Source of the DNA: a virus
IMG/VR virus record: IMGVR_UViG_3300045977_000216
Span: 5,638-69,637 of that record
Strand: one strand, 5' to 3'
DNA: 64,000 nucleotides
The notes beneath the pieces are model-generated. The model did not search any database, had not been told where the DNA came from, and worked only from the letters and a program-made list of their open reading frames with translations. Positions 47,472 through 56,175 of the stretch are shown here, one piece after another. The translations under genes were made by a program, and so were the position numbers. Numbering within the stretch: the first letter of the stretch is position 1; every line of letters begins with the position of its first letter.

Positions 47472-48665
47472 TCATAGCAGCTTCAGAATGAGCGGGAGAA
47501 TCTGACCCAGGATCTCGACGAGCTTCGACCAGTCGATGGTCGCCGAGGCCTGCTGGAAGCTGATGCTCTCGCCGCCTTCTCCGATGAGGACGTTGAGGAG
47601 GTCCCTGACCCCGATCATGATCGTGCGAGCGTCCCCGCCGCGGAGTGACGCGACGAGCTTCGTCACGGCACCGATGATTCCTCCGATCCCAGGAGCCGCC
47701 GAGGCGTCCTGGGAAGGCATCAGGGCCTCAAGCTGATCTGCGTACGCTGCGAACTGGTTCATGTTTTCCTCTCCTAGCTTGATTGCTGTCCAGCCCTCTG
47801 GAAGTCGGACGCGAAGCATCTTTTCCTTCAGGCTGAGTTTTAGAACGACGTCCTTCGGTGGTGGATCTGGCGGTGGGGGAGGTGGTGGTGGGGGCGGGGG
47901 AACCACCTGTCTTGGATAGAGCTCCCCCGCCGCCTTCCGGTCCATCTGCGAGAAGTCCTTGCCACCCAGGATAGGCTCACCGTCCTTGGTGATGCTGCCA
48001 GGGAGGCTGTAGGTCATAATCGAGATCTCGTCGGCGTGCTCGGAGCCCCTGAGGGCTGATTCTGAGAGCGGCGTGAGCACCTGCTGCTCGACCGTCATCG
48101 CCGACCACCCCTGCGTCTGCCTGAAGTAGGCGATGGCCTTGTCCCTGTCGATCTGTGCCACGATCTCCGGCCGCATGTGCTCGTGCGGAAATCCCAAGGT
48201 GTGCCCTGCCTCGTGGCGGATGACCCTGCGGCATTCAGACTCGGGGGTCTTCATCGTGAACCCCTGGAGGCACATGGTCGCTCGCGACCGCTGTATGTGC
48301 AGGATGTCGGTTCCGAGGTACGACCAGTATCCGTCGCCGGACCGAGTGATGCGAACCTGCGGGTCCACGTTGGACAGGCGAAACTCAACGTTGCAGAACT
48401 CCCCCCAGGAGTTCATGTGCGAGAGAATCATACGCTGCAGGTCCGCCGGAGTCTCCTCCATGAAGCCCACCGTGAGCTTCACGCCCTTGTTCGGCCAGTA
48501 CTTGGTCACCAAGACCGCCAAGTGGCCGGGATCGAGGACGATTCCAGCAGCCGGAAGACCCTCGACGTTGGGGCGGTTGGAGGGATTGATGTCGATGGCC
48601 GTCTGTGCGGCCACCACCATCTCCTCTTTGCTCAGGGAGACCGGCCTGCAGGCTATGAAGCTCAT
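47472..48665 (-). CDS. metzincin (astacin/M12-like) Zn metallopeptidase with poly-Pro linker
   Basis: HEAGHTLGFPHEH zinc motif, WSYLG and Met-turn SIMTY. Poly-Pro linker and amphipathic C-terminus. Confidence 0.88.
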   Translation of the reverse strand: MSFIACRPVSLSKEEMVVAAQTAIDINPSNRPNVEGLPAAGIVLDPGHLAVLVTKYWPNKGVKLTVGFMEETPADLQRMILSHMNSWGEFCNVEFRLSNVDPQVRITRSGDGYWSYLGTDILHIQRSRATMCLQGFTMKTPESECRRVIRHEAGHTLGFPHEHMRPEIVAQIDRDKAIAYFRQTQGWSAMTVEQQVLTPLSESALRGSEHADEISIMTYSLPGSITKDGEPILGGKDFSQMDRKAAGELYPRQVVPPPPPPPPPPPDPPPKDVVLKLSLKEKMLRVRLPEGWTAIKLGEENMNQFAAYADQLEALMPSQDASAAPGIGGIIGAVTKLVASLRGGDARTIMIGVRDLLNVLIGEGGESISFQQASATIDWSKLVEILGQILPLILKLL

Positions 48666-48739
48666 GTTCGCCTCCTGAAATGGGAGCGGGTGACCAGCAC
48701 CCGCTCCCTACCCAGAGTGCCGCCACGTGCAAGCGGCAA

Positions 48740-48985
48740 TCAGTGTACGAACCGAATCACCCGAGGACGACGATCAACCTCGATCCTGAGGAACGGATCG
48801 AAGAACGGGTCCCGAATGAACACCCGCTCGACCCTGCGGGGCGGCAAGTAGTCGTAGGTGCTGTAGTAGTATCCCAGGCTCTGGCTGGGGCACCCATTGA
48901 CAAACTGCACGCGACCACGGCCGTGGGCCTCGGCGTCACTCGCGAGAGCGAGGACCAGGAACATTGCAATCAGCAAGACACGCAT
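48740..48985 (-). CDS. small secreted peptide
   Basis: Signal peptide MRVLLIAMFLVLALASDAEA and a GGAGG RBS. Confidence 0.65.
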   Translation of the reverse strand: MRVLLIAMFLVLALASDAEAHGRGRVQFVNGCPSQSLGYYYSTYDYLPPRRVERVFIRDPFFDPFLRIEVDRRPRVIRFVH

Positions 48986-48998
48986 TGTGCACCTCCCT

Positions 48999-49307
48999 TC
49001 AAGGTTTCTTCTGCCTGGTCTTGACGAGCAGCAGCTCCTCTGTTCCGACCCCTACTACGATCCCGACCAAGCTGACCCTCTGACCGATCTTCTTCCTCAC
49101 CTCCGCCTCCAGCTTCTTCGCCTCTGCCGCGTCTTGGAACACGAGCCTCGTATTCCCAACGTACAGCTGAATAGACTTCAGGCCAGCGGCATCGTGGTGC
49201 GTCCTCTCAGACACGAGGCCAACGACCTCGTCAGTCTTTGAGAACACCAGACTCTTCGGCTCCTCCGCCACCAGCAGAATCAATCCGATCCAGCAAGCGC
49301 TGCCCAC
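48999..49307 (-). CDS. small exported OB-fold-like hypothetical protein
   Basis: Hydrophobic N-terminus, coupled to its neighbours. The fold is a guess. Confidence 0.45.
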   Translation of the reverse strand: MGSACWIGLILLVAEEPKSLVFSKTDEVVGLVSERTHHDAAGLKSIQLYVGNTRLVFQDAAEAKKLEAEVRKKIGQRVSLVGIVVGVGTEELLLVKTRQKKP

Positions 49308-50347
49308 AGGTTGTACTCCTTCGGAGTGATCTTGCGACCGGGCCCACCCTCTGGGTTCCTCGGCATACGCTTGTCGAGGTCGTGGGTGATGAGTCGCTCC
49401 AAGACAATCTCCTTCGTGATTCCGACCTTGTCCCTGTCACCCGTCGCCGGAAGGGCGGGGTAGGTCGTCCACTCGAAGTTACCCTTCGGCTCTTCGCCGG
49501 AGTGGCACGACGAGCACTCCTTCTTGGCGTGGGCCTCCCAGAGCTTCCCGACGTTCGGTACGTCGACCCTCTCCACCTTCATTCTCCCGTCCGCTCCAGT
49601 CGAGGCCCTGTAGCTGTACTCACGCTGCTCAATGCGAGCACGATCTGGCTCCCTGAGCATTTCCCGTAGAATGTCGCCCTTCGCCCTGATCTCAGCGATC
49701 TTGGCCGCACCGTCGTTAAGAGCACGGACGTTATCTTGATAGTTTTGATTCGCGTTCCCCTCCAAACGCTGCACGCCCTCGACCAAGCGACCAGCCTGTT
49801 GGAGGGCTACGTTGAGGTCTACGCTGGAGTACAGGTCCGCGATGGTCGACCGCTCGTAGCCGTACACGGTGTTCCCCTGAACGCCGGCTGCGGAGAGGCG
49901 GAACCTCAGCGGAGAGGCGTAGGGAACGTGCGACCCGTAGCCCTCCCAACGGAAGTTGTCCTGGAGCCCCAGGACCTGGATGGTCTCTACAAACTCAGCC
50001 TGCTGGAGGGCCTCGAGCTGCTTCTGGGCCTCCACACGGTCGCGATAAGCAACGAGGTCGAGGACCTTCTCACGCCACAGCGGGTCTCGGTAGCTCGGGA
50101 GAGCGGGCTTGACCTCAGCAACCGGCACATACGCATACCGATACCTCTCCCTAGTGTAGCACCGGCCGCAGTAGTAGTACGGCTCGGTGTAGTAGGTCTT
50201 GGTCGCGGTGTAGAACTGGCCGTCCTTGTACCACCGACCCTTCGTCCACACGTAACTATCCACGTTGACGAAGCCCTCGGGGTACGAGTCGCTCGCGAGA
50301 GCCGCCACCGGAGCTGCCATGAGAACCAGGAGAATCACAAACCTCAC
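49280..50347 (-). CDS. exported protein with a C-terminal c-type cytochrome domain (Planctomycete cytochrome C-like)
   Basis: Signal peptide. CSSCH at 49502-49516, then KG.F...VLERL...D...RMP, with a candidate Met axial ligand. Confidence 0.7.
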   Translation of the reverse strand: MRFVILLVLMAAPVAALASDSYPEGFVNVDSYVWTKGRWYKDGQFYTATKTYYTEPYYYCGRCYTRERYRYAYVPVAEVKPALPSYRDPLWREKVLDLVAYRDRVEAQKQLEALQQAEFVETIQVLGLQDNFRWEGYGSHVPYASPLRFRLSAAGVQGNTVYGYERSTIADLYSSVDLNVALQQAGRLVEGVQRLEGNANQNYQDNVRALNDGAAKIAEIRAKGDILREMLREPDRARIEQREYSYRASTGADGRMKVERVDVPNVGKLWEAHAKKECSSCHSGEEPKGNFEWTTYPALPATGDRDKVGITKEIVLERLITHDLDKRMPRNPEGGPGRKITPKEYNLWAALAGSD

Positions 50348-52119
50348 TTGACACCTCCTATCAGCGTCGCCTGCGAGCGACGAGCCGCGAAGGCCGTCAC
50401 CAGCGACCAGTCCACCCTGTTGATCTCAAGACCACTTTTCAGAGCCGCGATCCTAACGTCCTCCGGCACGATGACCCCGTTGACCGGAACTGGCGGCAGC
50501 AAAATCCTCAGGTGCTCGACGGCCTGCTCCCGCTGCTTCCTCCTGGCCTCGTCACCGTCCTTGATCGCGGAATCAAGAGGGACGTCGAAGCCGAGCTCCC
50601 TGAGGGCTTCGACGGGCCCGACCGTGCGGTAGAAGTAGGAGTCCCAATCGGACGCCACCCTCTGAGACGCTAGGACGACTACATCGGTCTGATCCGGCGA
50701 GACCTTCCAGGTGCCGGTCGCCCTCAGGACGGCAGCCGCGTAGGAGTTCCGGAGTGGCTCTAGGGCCTCCTCCGGCTCGCCGCCGTACCAGCCACGTATC
50801 CTGTCCCTGGCGTCCTTCTTAACCAGGTCCCCGAAAACCCCGACGTCCCTCGCGAGCAGAATCTTGACGTCGTTGACTAGTGGCTTCCAGCCATCCCTGT
50901 CCGGCCCGTGGCACCTAATGCACGCCACGGCTCCCTGGAGCGTGTTCGTGTACGGCTCGGGAATCCGGTGGTCGACGGCCACGTTCTGCGGGACGAACTC
51001 CTGCAGGGTCCCGCGACCATTGAACAGTGCGTACCCGAGCATTCCATTCGCCCGAGTGAAGATGACCTCCCTGGCGAAGTCTACGAACTCCACCAGGTTC
51101 ATGATCGCGTGCTGCCCGACGTCTATGTCCTCGTCGGACACGTCGTGCGTCACGAAGCACCAGCCGAGCAGCGTCCTGAAGTAGTCGACCCGCCTCGGCT
51201 TTCCCGTGACCAGACTACGGAAGATCCCGACCCTGCCGTCGCCCCTGATCCTGTCGAAGATGTCGGCGGCGGTGACGCCGGCTGCAATATTCCCGACCCC
51301 GAGGCTCTCGAAGAGCAGGTCCTCGTCCGATCCCTTCTGACCCGCCCTCCGGATGCCGGCGAACTCATAGTAGAGCCCGCCGAAGATCGTCCTGAATGCT
51401 CCCTTCCCCTTGATCGTGGAGAGCATCCTGGCGAAGAGGTACTGGTGGGAGACTATCGGGGCCAGGGACTTCGTGGCTTCCCTCAACTTCGGGAAGTGCG
51501 GAACGTGCTCCGCGTCGAACCTCACCACATCCTTCCCGAGCTCGGAGACCGGTACCTCCACCTCCCTGACGGTCTCCTCGGAGTACGTCTCCTCGACGTC
51601 CCGCACCGCGAACTGGTTCCCTCCCAGGGCCACCCTCTGCTTAACCGTCCGCTTCTTCTGCGTGGTCTCGACGACCTTCTTCTTGACCTTCGGCAGGTCA
51701 AGATCGAGGAGAGGAATGAGGTCCTTGGTCACGAGCAGCGAGAAGTCAGGATCAAATTGCAGCTCGTCCCAGAGCTCGAGCCACTCCTTAAGGTCGGCTA
51801 GGACGGGAGCGAAGTCCTTCAGGTTGACCCTGACCAGGACCGCATCTCCCCTACCCACGGCCCTCGGTTGCACGATCACGGAGGACCGGCTCGTGGTGTT
51901 CAGCACGAAGGCCACGGCCTGGTACGACGCCTGGCTCCCGTTCTTCACCCACACGTACCGAGTGAACGCTCGCTCCTCAGGAGCTACGCTCTCAAGGTCC
52001 TCCGCCGCGAGCTCCGCCGCCACGGCCGGAACGGTCACGGGCTTCGGCTTGACCGGTGCCTGCGGCGTGCCGGTGGTCGCGAGAGCTAAGATCAAAAACA
52101 GCGGTGCCAGGTGCTTCAT
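50344..52119 (-). CDS. exported CxxCH-containing (cytochrome c-type) protein
   Basis: Signal peptide MKHLAPLFLILALA. EVIF..ANG..GY.L..G.G....VP....D, then CIRCH at 50908-50922. Confidence 0.65.
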   Translation of the reverse strand: MKHLAPLFLILALATTGTPQAPVKPKPVTVPAVAAELAAEDLESVAPEERAFTRYVWVKNGSQASYQAVAFVLNTTSRSSVIVQPRAVGRGDAVLVRVNLKDFAPVLADLKEWLELWDELQFDPDFSLLVTKDLIPLLDLDLPKVKKKVVETTQKKRTVKQRVALGGNQFAVRDVEETYSEETVREVEVPVSELGKDVVRFDAEHVPHFPKLREATKSLAPIVSHQYLFARMLSTIKGKGAFRTIFGGLYYEFAGIRRAGQKGSDEDLLFESLGVGNIAAGVTAADIFDRIRGDGRVGIFRSLVTGKPRRVDYFRTLLGWCFVTHDVSDEDIDVGQHAIMNLVEFVDFAREVIFTRANGMLGYALFNGRGTLQEFVPQNVAVDHRIPEPYTNTLQGAVACIRCHGPDRDGWKPLVNDVKILLARDVGVFGDLVKKDARDRIRGWYGGEPEEALEPLRNSYAAAVLRATGTWKVSPDQTDVVVLASQRVASDWDSYFYRTVGPVEALRELGFDVPLDSAIKDGDEARRKQREQAVEHLRILLPPVPVNGVIVPEDVRIAALKSGLEINRVDWSLVTAFAARRSQATLIGGVK

Positions 52120-52285
52120 AAAAAACCGCACGCAATATGGTCGTAAATCGTGCGGCGGGTGGCCCTTCAGAATCCCGCCACTATCATACTTTCCATTCTT
52201 GAAAAGTTACTGCCGGAATATTTTGGACCAAATTGCGTGCCACGACCGTAACCGCCAGGAAATGGATAGTATGATTCTGCGAGCT

Positions 52286-52342
52286 GCATCCTGCTCCAAG
52301 CATCTTGCTCCAAGCATCCTGCTCCAGAGACCAGCATCTTGC
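52286..52342. repeat. 14-bp tandem repeat x3 plus a partial copy
   Basis: GCATCYTGCTCCAR at 52286, 52300 and 52314, with GCATCTTGC at 52334. Confidence 0.9.
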
Positions 52343-52461
52343 GTCTGATTTCAAAATCCGGAAATTTTCTCACAGCATGGGGTGTGCCATTGTGGCAGTC
52401 GTGAGTTGAGGCTCCGCATGAATTCAGACCCTCCCTCACTTTTGCGGCCCCACCTCAATTA

Positions 52462-52508
52462 TTTTGAGGCCACGCCCGAATTTTTGAGGCCACGCCCGAA
52501 TTTTGAGG
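52462..52508. repeat. 20-bp tandem repeat x2 plus a partial copy
   Basis: TTTTGAGGCCACGCCCGAA twice, then TTTTGAGG. Confidence 0.9.
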
Positions 52509-52566
52509 TGTGGCCTGACTGCCATTGTGGCAGGGGTAGTGTACGGCCGTACAGGTAAAATCTCTC

Positions 52567-52595
52567 TTGACATGGGGTGCCGATTGTGGTACAAT
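52567..52595 (+). promoter_or_regulatory. strong sigma-70 promoter (early operon)
   Basis: TTGACA-17 nt-TACAAT with an extended -10 TG. Confidence 0.8.
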
Positions 52596-52743
52596 GGGGC
52601 CATGAGGGAAAGATGCCAGACAGGCAGTCTGGCTCCCGCGACCTACTGCGGTGAACGACCGAGGCACTGTACGTGCGTGCACCTACTTGCACCCGTCAGG
52701 TCTCCAGGACCACCGGCAGGTCGCGGGCTGTGACGAGGCGTCG

Positions 52744-52950
52744 ATGGTCCCGAAACTTGAGGACAGATTGGAGAATCCCGTGTCCAGAATCCGCACCCTA
52801 GAGCTGCAAACAGCAGCTCGTCTTAGGGAACTGGCTGAATCCCTGTCGAAGGATGATGGTCCCGCTGACCTAGAGAGCGTGATCGCCGGAATGAAATGTC
52901 TCGCCTTTGAGATTTCGTCTCTGGCACTAGATTTAGAGATCAATAGGTAG
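52744..52950 (+). CDS. hypothetical helical protein
   Basis: GAGG RBS, start MVPKLEDRL. Its 5' end is duplicated near 52989. Confidence 0.4.
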   Translation: MVPKLEDRLENPVSRIRTLELQTAARLRELAESLSKDDGPADLESVIAGMKCLAFEISSLALDLEINR

Positions 52951-53076
52951 ACTTGCGTACTGCGGGTCTCGCACCCCGCCTACCTACTGGCGTCGATGGT
53001 CCCGAAACTGGAGGGAGATTGTCTGAAATCCGAGCGTCTGGGGTCCGCGTGGGGAATCCCGCGTCCGGTAATATAA

Positions 53077-53320
53077 TGGCCTAGCGGCCACGCTATCTCA
53101 GGCTCGCGAGAGCTTGAGACCTCCTGCGGGTAGAAACCGCTAACGCTTGCAATCCGTGTGTGCCGTGAGGCACGTTCGGTGAGCGGGAGGAAATGTACCA
53201 GGGAGGTTTCGCGTACCTGGTCGGATGTCACCTGACGAGGTGTATGCCAACGGCGGGGTCACTCCCGCGTCAGTCCTGCACCGCGGTCACGGTACCAGCG
53301 GGTGACATGCCGAATCAAAG
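53077..53320 (+). ncRNA. candidate structured RNA / 5' leader
   Basis: Follows TATAAT (53072). Several stems, two capped by GNRA loops (GCGA, GUGA), with G-U pairs on the + strand. Confidence 0.4.
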
Positions 53321-53366
53321 AGTGAAGTGTGCGGGACGAGCGGCCCTCGGGAAAGAGAGGTCCGCC

Positions 53367-53591
53367 ATGAGTCATCGCACAGTGAGGATTAAGGCTTCTG
53401 GAATCTGCGGCCACGTCCTCGGCACCTACATGCGGGACGTCCGCCTGGTCACAGGACCGGACGGACACGCCACGCACGTTGAGGTCCGAAAAGCACTGGT
53501 GGTCCAAGTCTACGACGTGGACTCCAGGGGAAACGTCTACGGCTCCGAGAGGGTCGTCGTCCTTGAGACTGAGGTTGAATTCCTGTCCTGA
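53367..53591 (+). CDS. hypothetical early protein
   Basis: GAGAGG RBS, start MSHRTV. Bracketed by IR pair 1. Confidence 0.65.
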   Translation: MSHRTVRIKASGICGHVLGTYMRDVRLVTGPDGHATHVEVRKALVVQVYDVDSRGNVYGSERVVVLETEVEFLS

Positions 53592-53780
53592 GCACCCCGC
53601 ATCGAGGGTCCCTCGTCCCGCACACTTCCTAGGCTGATAAACTACGTTGCGAACTTTTGGTGGCACGCGGACGCGAAAGCGGCCAATGGTCGCCACGAGC
53701 AAGCCGCGTAGTGGACGGCTACCTTGAATGGGCTCATGGGCCTCAACCACTGATTGCGAAATCAGAAGGGAGACCTACAC

Positions 53781-54965
53781 ATGAGTTCACTCAAGTTCTC
53801 TGACAAGCACATCGACCCCATCAAGTTGGTCGTCAACCGTGACATCAACTGGCGGGAAAAGACCGGTTACGACGTCCCGAGCATGGTGCAAGACATCACT
53901 CGCGACGGTCGCATCACCGAGAGCGTGCACGTGTTGGACCCCAAGGATTGTGAGCGGCTGCAGCTCGCCGAGAACACGGTTCTCCGTGGAAACAGGCGGA
54001 CCGACGCTGCCCACGCCATCCTCGCGGACAAGAACTCGCCGGCTGGCCTCGTGGAGGCTCTGAGGAAGACCCCCGTGAAGTTCGTCAGCGGGTTCGAAGA
54101 CCTGAAGGCCGTGGAAGACTACATGCTCGACCACGGCTCGGCGAAACCGCTGAGCCGAACCGAGGTGGTCCACGCGGTCTGGCGGTTGGCCGCCAACATG
54201 CACTCCGAGTCCGAGATCGGCGAGCGGTTGTACCACTTGCTCGCACGGTACACCGGAAACGTCAAGAAGGCTCAGGAGATGAGCTCGATGACGGACCGGC
54301 AGGCTCGGCGGGCAGCCATTGGAAAGTGGCTGCACGGCACGCTCGGCAACTTCTTGCTGGCCGTCAACGGAATGGGCGAAGCTCTCCGGAGCCAGCTCAC
54401 CCTGACGAGCCACAAGGAGGACGGCGTCCTGACCCAGGACGAAGCTGGGCTCTTCGTCCTGCAGGTCACCCGTGGTCGCGTGACGGAACTCTCCGCCGCG
54501 AAGACCAAGGACAAGGACGCCAAGGGATGGAACCCGCTGGAGAAGGTCGACGTCGTCAAGGACGGCGACGGCAAGATCGTCACGATCAAGTGCAAGGGCG
54601 GCGGCGAGGAGTTCAACGCCAAGGTGGAAACCTTCATCCGCGAGGATGCTGGCGAGTCCAACGGCAACAAACCCCGACCCACGTCCAAGACCTTGGAGGC
54701 ACTCGCGGACGCGAGCAAGTCCAAGGTGGCACGCGGCGTGTTCCTGGCCAGTGCTGGTAAGAAGGCCGACAACCTCCTGGACCTGGACGCCGAGGCGTAC
54801 AGGTGCGAGCGGGTGTGCGAGCTGCTCAAGGAAGCAGCTGACAGGCTCACCGCGAGCGGGGAACACAAGATCGAGGTCACCAGCTCGCAGCTGGCCGACC
54901 TGTTCAACAAGCTGAGCGTCTCGTCCGCCACCGTGGTCGAGGCCGCTCTCAAGACCGTCAGCTAG
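53781..54965 (+). CDS. divergent ParB/Srx-domain protein (ParB-like 3)
   Basis: N.R....Y.V.SM..DI...G.I, VLRGNRR..A and KPLSR.E. AAGGGAG RBS. Confidence 0.65.
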   Translation: MSSLKFSDKHIDPIKLVVNRDINWREKTGYDVPSMVQDITRDGRITESVHVLDPKDCERLQLAENTVLRGNRRTDAAHAILADKNSPAGLVEALRKTPVKFVSGFEDLKAVEDYMLDHGSAKPLSRTEVVHAVWRLAANMHSESEIGERLYHLLARYTGNVKKAQEMSSMTDRQARRAAIGKWLHGTLGNFLLAVNGMGEALRSQLTLTSHKEDGVLTQDEAGLFVLQVTRGRVTELSAAKTKDKDAKGWNPLEKVDVVKDGDGKIVTIKCKGGGEEFNAKVETFIREDAGESNGNKPRPTSKTLEALADASKSKVARGVFLASAGKKADNLLDLDAEAYRCERVCELLKEAADRLTASGEHKIEVTSSQLADLFNKLSVSSATVVEAALKTVS

Positions 54966-55066
54966 TCACCAACCGCAACTGGCCCACGAGCCCATCCAAG
55001 GTAGCCGTCCAGCAAGCCTAGCCCAGACGACACCCGCCGAGGTGCCCTCGGGAAAGCGAGGGTAAT

Positions 55067-55255
55067 ATGCCAAAGTACATCGAGCTGGTGATCACGAAGT
55101 GCAGGGGCGGCAAGCGTTCGCTGTGGAACGCACGCCACCCAGCAGTACCTCACGTGGTCGGTGCCGGCAACACGGCCGACAACGCGATCCGCGACTGGTA
55201 CAAACAAAACAAAGCACACCAGGAGAAGTACAATGGTCATTCTCAGGATGTCTAA
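55067..55255 (+). CDS. hypothetical early protein
   Basis: GAGG RBS. G.G.T.D.AI.D resembles a HicB-like segment. A 26-aa ORF (55248-55328) may follow inside the same IR pair. Confidence 0.55.
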   Translation: MPKYIELVITKCRGGKRSLWNARHPAVPHVVGAGNTADNAIRDWYKQNKAHQEKYNGHSQDV

Positions 55256-55418
55256 CTTCACCAAGGTTTGGTCCGCGTCCGGAACGTGGCTTATCTATGG
55301 CAACTGGCCGGCGGCAATCCGCATCTGAAATCAACAGCGAGGGCACCTCGGCGGGTGCCGTCGGGACTCTAACCTGACGGGGTCCGCCGAGGTGCTCTCA
55401 GAAAGCGAGGACACCAAC

Positions 55419-55724
55419 ATGCGAGACCCAAAGAACATCAGGATTCACCACTTCGACGACACCAGCGAGGCCTACGACTGCTCGCAGTATCGCGACGACA
55501 TCGAGATGGGCGACGTCCTGGTCGTCGAGAGCGAGAAGGTCGTCGGATTCCTCCTGGCCGCATGGCCAGTGGCCGTCACCGTGGAGTACGGCAGCCTGCA
55601 CCGCTTCACAAACAGAAAGCCGCAGCTTGCTACCCACCCCGAGGACGTAAGGGACTGGCGACCGTACTACGAGCGGGCGAAGGAGGTCGCGAAAGCACTC
55701 GGCTACGAGCTGGGAGTTGACTAA
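55419..55724 (+). CDS. hypothetical early protein
   Basis: GAGG RBS. EAYD.SQ..D.I..GDVLVV..E.VVG....WP.AVT motif. Bracketed by IR. Confidence 0.7.
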   Translation: MRDPKNIRIHHFDDTSEAYDCSQYRDDIEMGDVLVVESEKVVGFLLAAWPVAVTVEYGSLHRFTNRKPQLATHPEDVRDWRPYYERAKEVAKALGYELGVD

Positions 55725-55810
55725 CCACCTTAACACGAGAGCACCTCGGCGGACCCCGTCAGCAACGCAGTGGGCTCGCCGAGGTGCCCTTTCCAGAAGG
55801 GAGACCTGAC

Positions 55811-56083
55811 ATGAAGATGCACAAGGAGCTCAGCAACATTCACACGACTTGCGTTCACGTGAACGCAACAAACGTCGTCAAGGTAGCTGAGAACGTCTAT
55901 AGGATCGAGTTCCCCGCTCGCGAGATCAGCGACGCTGAGCGTGAGGTACTCCGCAACCTGTTCCCGAATCTGACCGACAGGGCGTACCAGCTCCTCGATC
56001 AGGAAGCCATGCTGAACATCGTCTGCGAGCCGCCCGCGAAGCCAGAATCCAGCCTCACGGCACACGCGGATTGCAAGCGTTAG
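55811..56083 (+). CDS. hypothetical early protein
   Basis: AAGGGAG RBS. Bracketed by IR. Confidence 0.65.
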   Translation: MKMHKELSNIHTTCVHVNATNVVKVAENVYRIEFPAREISDAEREVLRNLFPNLTDRAYQLLDQEAMLNIVCEPPAKPESSLTAHADCKR

Positions 56084-56175
56084 CACCTAACTAACCGGAA
56101 GGGCACCTCGGCGAGCCCACTGCACAACCGACGGTGGGACCGCCGAGGTGCCCTTCCGGAAAGGACGGGTGACCC

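Noticed and set aside
47858-47900. G-rich tract as a G-quadruplex or repeat element
   Set aside because: It is explained by the poly-proline linker codons of the minus-strand protease.
53228-53355. Hammerhead ribozyme suggested by CTGACGA
   Set aside because: No stem II followed by GAAA at the required spacing. CTGACGA sits in a small CACC/GGTG hairpin.
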